64,000 nucleotides of DNA from Gekko japonicus. Taxonomy: Eukaryota. This document shows positions 51,716-62,450 of the stretch, one piece after another. The position numbers and the translations under genes were made by a program. The notes under the pieces are model-generated. The model had not been told where the DNA came from and made no database searches. It was given only the letters and a program-made list of their open reading frames with translations. Position 1 is the first letter of the stretch. Every line of letters starts with the position of its first letter. Location: positions 2,082,891 to 2,146,890 of the forward strand of contig NW_015164181.1 of assembly GCF_001447785.1 (NCBI RefSeq). Reading direction: 5' to 3'.

Positions 51716-53739
51716 CCACAAAACAGCTAATTCAAAGGAAGGCCAGGCTCTCTGTGACATGCAGGGAGCTCTGCTGGTAACCTGGGAAGTGGTTCAGGCC
51801 AGGGAAAGCTAGTTGTTTATTCTGCTGGATGTCTCAACTGGCTCTGAGGTCTGATTCTCACTGAGGCGACCAGCCTGTGTCTAGGCCTTGAACTCCTTCT
51901 CACTCACCTGATAGCATGCGGATGTCCCCAACATACTTCTCTTTCCCAGGCGGAAGGCAGCTCTTTGCATGGAGGAGCATACAATCAGATTTACCTCCTC
52001 AGTGAGCTCTTTCTCCTTACCTTTTGTCCATATGGGCTAGCTGGCCCATCTTGGCTTGGATTTGAGGCATGCCACCTAATGCCAAACCAGGCCCAGATTT
52101 CCAACTTGCATTTTTTTAAAAAAAAAAAAGCCCTATATCTTTTATAGATCCAGAGGAATAAGGCAAAAAGTCCAGACAGTCTTCTGCCTAATCTGCTAGG
52201 GAGAAAGATGCCTGCTTCCACCCTCCATTGCTGTGGACAGCGGGGACAGTAATAGCTGGGACAGTTGCTGTGTCCCCTCTGGCAAGCTTGGCTGTTGTCT
52301 GGGAGAAAGCAGGAGCAAATCCTGGGCACAAGTAAAAATGTTCCAGTGACAAGGGGAGAAGCTGTGGCTTAGTGGTAGAAACCCCCGCTTGGCATGTGGG
52401 AGGTCCCAGGTTCAGTCCCTGGCATCTCCAGCGAAAGAATCTCAGGTATTAGGTTCTAGGGAAGACCCTTCTTTGCCAGAGACCTGGGAGAGCCACCATT
52501 AGGGAGAGCAGACAGCAGCGATGTAGATGAACCCTTTGGTTTGATTTGGTACGAGGCAGCTTCGTATGTTCTCACATAGGTTTCCAGGCAGCTGCCAGGG
52601 CAGGCACAAAGTAATGGGCAAATAATGCAGTGATTAATGTGCTTGATTTGCGTAATTAGCAACACATTTGCATAAGAAACCAAAGAGAGAGGCCTGGATT
52701 TCAGGAACGAAAATAGAGCCACTTTCTTGCCTGAGTCTCACGTTTTTATAATCTGACTGTGCCCACCCCCGCCATGCAAGACAATTTTGTCCCCTCTCTC
52801 TTCTGTTAAGAGTCAGAGTTTCTCATTCTTTGTAAAATTACTCCCTTGTTTATTTGTCGTTGGAGATAAGCTGCACTGAGCATGGATAGCGGATGATCGC
52901 CTCCCCTCCCCTCCGCTTTCTCTCTCTGTCTTCTCCTCTAACACGAATCATTAATCCAGTATCAGCATAACTTCAGTTTTTTTGTTCCATACTGGATTCT
53001 TTTTTTCCCCTCCTCTCCCTGCCCCCGTCCAATTTCCCATTTGGAACTCAGATCCTAAAAATAGTGCCAATTTGAACTGGCAGATGTTTCGTTTTGACCT
53101 TTAGCAAAAGGGGCCGGAATTAGCCTGTCAGTGGATACCTAAATAAAGCAACTAAAATTGCCTTTTGTATAAAACTTTGCCATTGCTATCCTTGGAGGTT
53201 TTAATGTTTTTAATCTGTTTGCGGGGTGGTGTTGGTGGCATCAAGGGACTGTTCTATAAGCAGGAGCCCAGCAGCTTGGGAAAAAGAAGAGATGCCCGGG
53301 TCTGAAAGTCCCGGCTGAAAACTATAAGGGAGCCCTCTTCTCCTGCGGTGCCATTCATTTCTGGGGGGATCAGGCAGGAAGTTGACTCCTTGGGTTACAC
53401 TCCCGTGTTTACTGGAGGGGGCAGTGCCATCATTCTTTCTGTATGTCTACAGAGTAGTCTTGTTAGGAATTCTTGGCGCAGTTCCGGTCTCCCCACCGCC
53501 AAAAAGGTATTGCAGACCCGGAAAATATTCAGGAAAGGCCAAAGAGGAGTTGGTGCCATTCGGCTTAGGAAAAGGACAGCTAAGGGGAGGAGCAGGATTT
53601 TTTTTTAAAAGTCTATACAATTGTGTTAATGGGGAAAGTGGGGAGAGGGAAAAAGAAAGAGATATTCTTTTCTCCCTCACCTCTAAATGCCGCAGAGTCA
53701 CCCAATGAAATGCCTTGGTAATGGACTAGCAAAAGATGT

Positions 53740-54088
53740 AAAGAAAGTATTTCATGCAAAACACAACCTGTAGCAATGCGGTACTTACGGCTACTTGGCC
53801 AATAACCGTAGATGGCTTTAAAATGGGACTAGGCAGATAAATGGAGTCAAGGCCTATCACTGTTAGTCGTGGTGGCTAAAGTCGAGCCTCCATATTCAGA
53901 GGCAGTGTATCTCTGAAGACCAGTCGCTGGTGGGGGTAGTTGCTGCAGGAGGACTGCTGCCTTTCGTAGCCTATTTGTGAAAATTCAGGAAGCTTCTGGG
54001 CAGCTACTGTTGGAAACGAGACTGTGGGCAAGGCAGACATCTCCCCCCCTCCCCCCAGTCTGATCCAGAAGAGCTCTCCTTATGTCTT
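53740..54088 (+). mobile_element. Old CR1 3' end
   Basis: tagatggctttaaaatgggactag...ctgatccagaagagctctccttatgtctt. Confidence 0.65.
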
Positions 54089-54482
54089 CAGGAGTCCTGA
54101 GATGGGAAGTCCCAGAGCTACCCCTCCTTCTAGTCATTGAACCTGGCTCCAAGTATCCATTCAGAAATTCTCCTGTCCAGCCGCCTGCCCACTTTGTGCA
54201 GGTGATCTTCCCACTGGGGTTGTGTTCCTTTGCCATCTGTTCAGGGAGGTTTGATTTCTTCCTTCCTTTCCCTGCCCCTTTCTCACCCTGCAATTACTTA
54301 ACGTGAGAAAGGTAACGCTAAAAATGCACTAAACTGCAAATGTTGAAGGGGGGGGGGGGAGGAGAAAATTGAATAAGAGGGAGAATTCTCAGAGAGTGGG
54401 GAAGGGGGGAGAGCTGTGCAGAGATTCAGGCCCGAAGCTGGGTTAGCAGTGGGAGTCCCCCAGGGCAACAGAAAGATGTTAT

Positions 54483-54638
54483 NNNNNNNNNNNNNNNNNN
54501 NNNNNNNNNNNNNNNNNNNNNNNNNNNNNNNNNNNNNNNNNNNNNNNNNNNNNNNNNNNNNNNNNNNNNNNNNNNNNNNNNNNNNNNNNNNNNNNNNNNN
54601 NNNNNNNNNNNNNNNNNNNNNNNNNNNNNNNNNNNNNN
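54483..54638. other. Assembly gap
   Basis: Run of N. Confidence 0.99.
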
Positions 54639-56257
54639 TGGCTGATAGTGCGCCCACCGAAGCGGGAAGATGATAAATTACTTTTTACTGACTGTCCTAC
54701 ATTTAAGTACCCTCTTCTCTCAATGGCTTTTTTTTTAAAAAAAAATCGCAAATTAAGGAAAGCAGGATGGTGCAAATGGGAGGATGTGTAAAATAATGTA
54801 CCTTAATGGCTTTTATTATGACGCCCGGGCGGCTTATGGAAATGGGATCTGGTTTCACAAGCCAGGAGTGCAAACAGCCACAGTGGCAGGTCAGTCTGTC
54901 AGCCGGTGTTCTCCTGCGGTGAGGGATGAGCTGTCCCACTGAAGCAGAGACAAGCTTTGAAGCTGCCCTTATCGGGGTCGTACCATTTTTGTTCAAGGTT
55001 GCCTGTTTTGATGGGCAGAGAGGGGTCTTTCCCAGCACCTGCTTCCTGAGATCCTTTAACGGGAGATGTCAAGGGTTGAACAAAGGGCCCTCTGCCTGCA
55101 AAACACATGCAGTGCTGCTGAGCTGCGGCGTGGGGACGTGTGGTGGTCTTGAGTCACCGAGAGAGCGGCAGTGGCTTGGGGGGGCTTCCCCATTTCAAGA
55201 GTGTCACATGACTCTGCCTTGTACTGTGCCAGAGCATCAGACTCACTGTTGCCCTGTCCGGCTGGCAGTGGCTCCGCTTTGACGGCAGACAGTTAAACCT
55301 AGAATATTTTGCATCCAAAGCAGATGCTCTGCCATTGAGCTCCTGTGTGGACACATGAAGTGGCTTTACGTCAAAGTCAGACCACTGATTCCTCTAGCCC
55401 AGCTTCGTCTCCGCTGGCTGGTAGTGGTTTTCTGGCGTAGATGGCTCTTCCCCCACACCTGGTTCTCGAGGTCCTTTCACTGGAAATGGCAGAGATCAAA
55501 CCAGGGGACCTCCTGCACGGGAAGTTCATGCTTCCCTGCCTTTTCCCTGGATGGCGAAATGGGTTTTCCCCAATATGGTTGAATCTGTCACTTGCTCATT
55601 ACCGCTTCTTCCCCCTTCCCGTCCCACCCCTTGGGGTTGGGTCGGGCAGCTGCAATTTAAAAACAGAATGCATTAGAAAGAAATTAAGATAAGACACCTA
55701 ATTAAGAAGATTGGAGCCACTGATATGTGCCCTACACACCTACATAATCCAGTTGTTAAAAGCCAGCCTGAACAAGAAGATGTGCAGCCTGTCTGGGAAA
55801 TGCTCAGACTTCGAAGGATTGCTAAGAGGGAGGAGCCCCGTGCGGATGCTGACGCCCGCGCCCCACCCCTTTGGAAGGTGACATCGTTGTTCACAGCTGA
55901 AGCTTGGATAGGTTCCAGTGCAGCTGCTCCTGCGCATTAGGGGATGCCTGTGGCTGTAAGGCAGGGAAAGGAACTGAAGGGCTGCCTTGGGAATCCCCCC
56001 TCCCTGCAGTCAGACAGAATGCGTCCATACTGCAGAAAAATGCACAATGCCCTCTCCAAACCTATGGTTCATTTGAAGTACGGTGTACAGTTCAGCTGAG
56101 CAGAGCAACCGTCATGATCAAGGAGGTGCTAGAGTCTGGGGCTCTTTTGTTTAGGGAAAAGTAGTCTAAGGGGTAGGAGAGGGAAGGCATGGTATAGCCC
56201 GATCTTGGAGCCTCAGCAGGGTTGGTACAGAGATCACCAAGAAAGGCTCTACAGAGG

Positions 56258-56462
56258 AAGTAGAAAAGAGCAAGTGTCCAGTAGCACCTTAAAGACTAAC
56301 AAAATATGAGCTTTCGCGAGTCACTGCTCACTTCTTCAGATACGAAGTGATTCATGAAAGCTCATCCCCTGTCATGAATTGTGCTAGTCTTTAAGGTGCT
56401 AGTGGTTTCTTGCTCTTTTCTGCTGCTACAGACAGACTAACACAGCTACCCATCTTGGTCTA
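56258..56462 (+). mobile_element. Short Penelope-derived element (inverted arms plus ~38-bp tail) inserted in a 5S SINE
   Basis: agtagaaaagagcaag...tagcaccttaaagacta pairs with tagtctttaaggtgcta...cttgctcttttctgct; duplication TCTACAGA(GG) at 56248 and 56463. Confidence 0.82.
56304..56343 (-). ncRNA. Minimal hammerhead ribozyme motif, antisense to CUX1
   Basis: Minus strand gtat-CTGAAGA-a-GTGAG-cagtga-CTCGC-GAAA-GC-TC-ata. Confidence 0.7.
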
Positions 56463-56470
56463 TCTACAGA

Positions 56471-56853
56471 GGTCCTGGTCACACGGCGAATTTGCCACGG
56501 GTGGTGGGCGGATTATCGGGGCGCGATCACACCGCAACATCTGGCAAGTGGAACGCACCTGTGGATAACTGTGGCATACTGCCGAAAAAAGCGCAATAAA
56601 AAAACAGTACCTCATATGTAGTGGCAAACCGTTTGCCACTGGCTGCCTCTGGACTCCTGCGGTGTGATCGCGACGGCCCCCCGTTAATGCGCAGGTGGGG
56701 AGGACAGGACCCGTGGTTTGCCGCCGACGCGTCGGAGCGTGTTCTGGCGGCTCTAATTGCAGCGGAGCAATTAGCCATGCCTTACCCCAGGGGGGGAATT
56801 ACCCCACCCCTCCCCCCCCCCCCCCATGTTATCCGGCCCGTGTGACCGGGGCC
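56471..56853. mobile_element. CpG-rich PIF/Harbinger-like MITE
   Basis: 16-bp TIR GGTCCTGGTCACACGG / CCGTGTGACCGGGGCC; 3-bp TSD AGA; internal perfect inverted repeat 56522-36 / 56658-72. Confidence 0.75.
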
Positions 56854-56995
56854 AGAAGAAGGCAGCAGGAAACCACCTCTGCTTCTCAGTTGCCTTAAAG
56901 CTCTTCTGCCGGGGTCTCCATAAGTCAGTTACGGGCATACATAAGGGGTAAGGGAGACATGATAGCAGCACAGAAAATTACACATGGTGTGAAGG

Positions 56996-57273
56996 TAGGG
57001 TTGCCAAGTCGGAAAAACTCCGGACCGGGGGACTCCTGCTCCGTGGCTGGAGTGCGCGTGTCACCAGGAAGTGACGTTATGACGCCAGGCACGCTGGGGG
57101 TTTTCCCTCGGATGACTGTGGCCCCGCCCCCAGTGTGCCCAGCGTCATAACGTCACTTCCTGGTGACGCGCACGCCGGGGTGGGGTTCCCCCCAGGGCCA
57201 AATCTGCCACCGGCGGGGAACGGGCCTCTGGGGCGGGGGTTTCCCCGCCCCCCGGGGGGACTTGGCAAGCCTG
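56996..57273. mobile_element. CpG-rich hAT (Tip100-like) MITE with internal hairpin
   Basis: TIR TAGGGTTGCCAAGTC / GACTTGGCAAGCCTG; TSD TGTGAAGG / CGTGAAGG. Confidence 0.85.
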
Positions 57274-57664
57274 CGTGAAGGGAGTGTTTAGCTTCTCCTT
57301 CTCCAGTAGCAGAACTCAGGTGGCACTCAATGAAATTGATAAGTAGGGGGCCCATATCCAGTTGTGCAGTTCCTCCAAGGGACTGGCGTTTCCCTGAGTG
57401 GAAGAGGGAGCTGTGGTTTTTTCCATTGACTTCCTGCCCACATTGTCTCTCTTCCTGTTCCTGAGGGTCTGCTGAGCTTGACACACACACCCCTTAATGG
57501 GCTGCATCAGGAAGGAGAAGCAAAAAAAGTCCTCCTGTGTGAAAATCACAGGTGGTTCGATATAAGGGTGGATAAAAGGAAGCATTTCTTCACACATTTA
57601 ATCCACTGAGGTCATTACATCAAGATGTAATAATGGCTGCTAGTTAGGTGGCTCTTAGAAGCGA

Positions 57665-58150
57665 GGGGATGTGGCTCAGTGGGAAGGCATTTGCTTGGCA
57701 GACAGAAGGTCCCAGGTTCAATCCCTGGCATCTCCAGTTAGCAAGATCAGGTAGGAGGTGATGAGAAAGACTTCCGCCTGAGACCCTGGAGGAGGAGAAG
57801 AGGAGGAGGAGGAGGAGAACAGTTGGAGGGTGGGATAAAAATCTAACAAAATAAATAAAATAAAATACTCAGAGTCTCAGAGTGGCTTACAATCTCCTTC
57901 CCTTCCTCTCCCCAGAACAGACAACCTTTGAGGTAGGTAGGGCTGAGAGAGCTCTGAGAGAACCGTGACTGACCCAAGGTCACCCAGCTGGCTGTATGTG
58001 GAGGAGTGGGGAATCAAACCCGGTTCTCCAGATTAGAGTCTGCCACTCTTATCCACTACACCAAACTGGCTCTGCCAGTCTGAGTAGACAATACTGACCC
58101 TGATGGACTGATGGTCTGGTTCAGTATAGGGCAACTTCATGTATGTTCAT
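57665..58150 (+). mobile_element. Squam3-like SINE interrupted by a minus-strand L2-tail SINE (~57868-58071)
   Basis: Head 57665-57790 resumes at tgccagtctgagtagac (58073). Confidence 0.8.
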
Positions 58151-59266
58151 GTGTAACTTCCCCTCTCCAATCGGTCCCCCCCCTCCATGTTAATTTATGC
58201 CCCGCTTTTTGAATTTGGTTTGATGCAAGCCTGCACCCTGGACTTAATGAGGGGGGGGGCACGTATCAACCCCATCCGCCAGGAAAATCATGTCTGGGTT
58301 TTGCTTGGACTGTCACGGCATGGCCTGTCATTTTGTTTCAGCGACTCGTCCTTCCAAATGCGCAGTTCGCCTTATGGCACGCCAGCAGTGAAAATGTCAC
58401 TCTCAATAATTACTTTTTGGCGAAGATGCCTGCTGACTTCCTACCTTCAAGCTGTTTTTTACACAGTGGGGAGATAATAAGAAATGACTTTATCCTGACT
58501 GCTCAAATGAACACTAAATGGAATTTGGGTTATTATTACTGGAGATCGAGGGCCGTGCGTCGGAATTTAAATAGTGGATCAGATCAGCGATAGACATTTC
58601 TTGGCAAATCACAGCAGATCTGCTTCTCAGGTCCACTCCGGTTTAAGAGTTAACGTGGTAGCTGTCTGCTCTCTGTCTTTAGAATAGAGCTCTCTCTTTT
58701 TTTTTCTCTCCTCCTGTCCTTAGAGATTTTTTTTTTCTGTTTCAGCAGTCTTACAAGTCTGGGGTCTGACGTGTATCCCCCGTTTCTGTCTTCTCAAAAA
58801 CCGAAGCTAGGAAATTCAATACCCTTTCTCGAGAGGAGCTTTTATGTAGCTTTTAATGATTTCCAGGGATGATCATAAAATCCTGTTAGGGTGGATTTGG
58901 CCATCAAATCTTCGTCCATCTGCCCTCCTCGAGTCTTTGCTTCAGATCAAAGCCCAGGCAGCGAGTAGTCAGAGGGAGTGTTTGCAGTGTGTGTGTGTGT
59001 GGGGGGGTGCCTCTCAGTTTTTTCTGTGTATCCCCAAACACTGACGGGTTTTTTTTAAAGCTACAGACGCCTGTGGATACACATTCCTATGAACCTGTGA
59101 AAGCACAGCCATATGTTGTGATCTAGAATTTTAAAAAAAATATATCAAAAGCTGTCCCTTCAGAACTAACCCTTTGAATGCCAAAAAAACATGTTGTGTT
59201 TGGTTTTCTATTGTTTCCGCTAACAAAGGGGTAATTTGGGTGTGTGTGTGTGTGTTGTATTGCAAC

Positions 59267-59486
59267 CAGGGTTGCAAACCTCCAGGTGAGGCCTAGGGAT
59301 CTCCTGGAAATATAACTGATCTCCAGATGACAGAGATCAGTCTCCCTGGAGAAAAGGGCTGCTTTGGAGGATGGACTCTGTGGCATTGTACCCTGCTGAG
59401 GTCCCCACCCCACCCCAAACCCTGCCCTCTCCAGGCTACACTTCCCAAATTTCCAGGTGCTTCTCATCTCAGAGCTGGCAACCCTG
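59267..59486 (+). mobile_element. hAT-like MITE (CAGGGTTGC...GGCAACCCTG)
   Basis: TIRs visible; TSD degenerate. Confidence 0.7.
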
Positions 59487-60593
59487 GTTGGGACACAAGC
59501 ATTACGCTCATCCTGGGTTCCTGCAATCTTGAGGCCAAAAAATAAAAGCCACTGGTATCCATGATCTCCGCAGACACAAAAGATACAGGGACGCGGATCG
59601 ACTCTTCACCCTTCTGATTATGCTTCTTGAAGTTTCACCAAATGCACTGAAAGATCATCGCAGTGAACCCACATCCCTAGGATTGCCAGGTCCTCCCTGG
59701 CAACTAGTGGGGGGCTCCTGGGTCAACTGGAAGTGATGTCATTGTGTCGCCGGTGGCAGGGAGGTGACGCTGTAGTTTTGGGGCAAAACGCCTTCAAAAC
59801 CATAGAGTTTGCTCAAAAAAACTAGTGTGGTATAGTGGTTAACTAGGACATAAAAGGCCCAGGTTTGAATTCCCACTCTTCCATGGAACTTTGCTTGGGT
59901 CAGTCACACACATTCAATCTAACCTACCTCACCAGGTTGTGGTGAGGCTAAAATGGATGCAAGAAGAACGAGGCGGGGTATAGATGAAGTAAACAAAGAA
60001 AATGTCTTCTCTGGCCTTTTCCCTTGTGTTTGGAAGGAAGTAGGAGAAATTCTCCAGTACTTAAACCAGTAAAGGAGCAACCCATTTACTTTTGACTCAC
60101 CCTTTATTTTCAGTTGTGTAAAGGGAGTTAGTTGTATATTTCTCGTAGTGCATCTGTGTTGTGTTTTAATGTTGTTGTTGTTGTTGTTGTTGTTGTTTTA
60201 AAGCAAGTGTAAAGGTTGAACAGGCATTTTGGAGTGCAGAAGCAGCCGGACAGAAAGCAGCACTAGTCCCTGGGCGATTTCCATTTAGTCAATGGCTAGA
60301 GTGTCAGGCGAGGATCTGGGAGACCCAGGCTGGAATCCCGACTCTGCCATGAAGGCTCACTTGATGACCTTGGGCAAGTCACGACCTTTCAGCTTAACCT
60401 ACCTCACAGGGTTGTTGTGAGGATAAGACTGGAAAAGAGGGAAATGATATGAGCTTCTTTGGGCCACCATCAGTGAGAAGGGCAGGAGAGAGGGAGGAAG
60501 TAAGTAAATAAATAAATATTAAAATCAACCATTTCGGGGCCCAGTGAAGACCAAAACAATAGACAAGAGTTTTAGCAATGGGAACAGGCAGAT

Positions 60594-60628
<35 letters not shown>

Positions 60629-61059
60629 TTTTTCACATTTATACCCCGCCCTCCCCGATTGGTTTTACCCTTCACTTCTTCCAAGTAATAGGAGTTGTGT
60701 ATACATTCTAAGTGAGAAATCTGAAATGATTTTCTAGATTCATATTAAGTGTACTTGGAAGCCCCCTGTTGGGAAATTCAGTGAAAATTTATTTTTAAAA
60801 CAATATTTTCATTCTCTACTAAAAAGATCCCCTTTCCCAAATACTGTAGACTTACTGTACTTTGGATGGGTTTTGTCTATGTAACTTGTCTAGAAGATGT
60901 CAGCATTGTCACCATTATTTAACTAAGTCTCTGTTTACATATGATAAACTGCAACTCCTCCGTGCCTCTGGCTGCTGCCTGAGCTGATGTGATGTCACAG
61001 AATGCTCAAAGACATTCCAACTGCAGAGGCGAAATCACTCATTGAACATTCATCATAAC

Positions 61060-61626
61060 CAGAGTTCCCTCTAAGCTGAGTTAGTGTGAGCTAGCTCACA
61101 GTTTTTTAGCCTGCAGCTCACAGATTTTTGTCTTAGTTCAGGAAGGATGGCTCCAAAGCAAACTAATTTATGCAGCAGCCAAATCGCTTACTCAGAATTT
61201 TAATGCCAGTAGCTCGCAAAAAAAAAGTAAGGAGCTGCGGTGGCTCACGTGGTTAAGACGCTGAACTACAGGCTGTGGAAAGTTGGTAGTTCAGCAGTTT
61301 GAGATCTGAGTGTGCCGCATGACGGAGTGAGCTCCCGTCTCTAGTTCCAGCTCCTGCCAACCTAGCAGTTCGAAAGCAAGAAATTGCAAATAGATAAATA
61401 GGTACCACTTCAGTGGGAAGGTAACAGCGTTCCTTGCGCCTTGGTGTTTAGTCATGCCAGCCACATGACCATGGAAATGTCTTCGGACAGCGCTGGCTCT
61501 TCGGCTTTGAAACGGAGATGAGCACCGCAACCCTAGAGTCGGAATCGACTGGCTATCGAGCAAAGGAACCATCAGAGCAAAGTAGAAATTTTGCTCACAA
61601 GACTTCCCAGCTTGGAGGGAACATTT
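61060..61626 (+). mobile_element. hAT MITE family A interrupted by a near full-length Sauria SINE
   Basis: MITE 61060-61225 resumes at caaagtagaaattttgctcacaag (~61578). Confidence 0.87.
61230..61570 (+). mobile_element. Sauria SINE, near full length
   Basis: tRNA head ggagctgcggtggctcacgtggttaa; ctcctgccaacctagcagttcgaaagca; gtcatgccagccacatgacc; gagatgagcaccgc. Confidence 0.9.
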
Positions 61627-62168
61627 TGGAGTGAATTTGGATTTAACCCTAAAGGGATAAAGAGCATAGGCAGCTGCACTCGTACATTCCAAGGGTACGT
61701 TTGGACAGGATGGGGGGGGGGGAATTCTGGAGTGCTTAGAAGAAAGTTGGTTTGGCAGAAGGGAGAGCTTATGCAGGGCCTCCCAACAGGAAGGAGTTTG
61801 CTTCAGGACACTAGGGATATTGTTGTGGGTCTAGAGCAAGCCCAAATGGTCCTGCACTTTGGATCCAGCTCGCAACAGAGATGACGACAGGCCCTTGTTA
61901 CACTGGGGCTTGGCTTGTTCCTGGCCTTCAAAGCAAACACCTTCTACAGTAAATCAGTCTAACCTGATCTGATCAGATCTTGGAAGCGAAGCAGGGTCAG
62001 TCCTGGTTCGTATTTGGATGAAGACCACCGAGGAAGTCCAGGATTGCTTGCAGAGTCAGGCCATGGCGAACCACCTCTGAATGTCTCTTGCCTTAAAAAC
62101 CCCAAGGGTTCGCAATGAGTTGTTTGTGACTTGATAGCCGAAAAAAAAAGAAAAAAAATCATAGCATC

Positions 62169-62450
62169 AAAGCATGGACGGCTTCAAAGGGAATTAGATA
62201 AGCATATGGAGCAAAGGTCCATCAGTGGCTATTAGCCACAAGGTATAGATAGGGACTCTGGGGCAAGTGATGCTCTGTCATCTTGGTGCTTGGGGGGGGG
62301 GGTCAACAGTGGGAGGGCTTCTAATGTCCTGGCCCCACTGGTGGACCTCCTGATGGCACTGGTATTTCTGGCCACTGTGTGATACAGAGTGTTGGACTGG
62401 ATGGGCCTTTGGCCTGATCCAACATTGGCATCTCTTATGTTCTTATGTTC
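62169..62450 (+). mobile_element. 5'-truncated CR1 3' end, near-identical to 237-518
   Basis: Same 3' UTR and tcttatgttcttatgttc tail. Confidence 0.92.
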
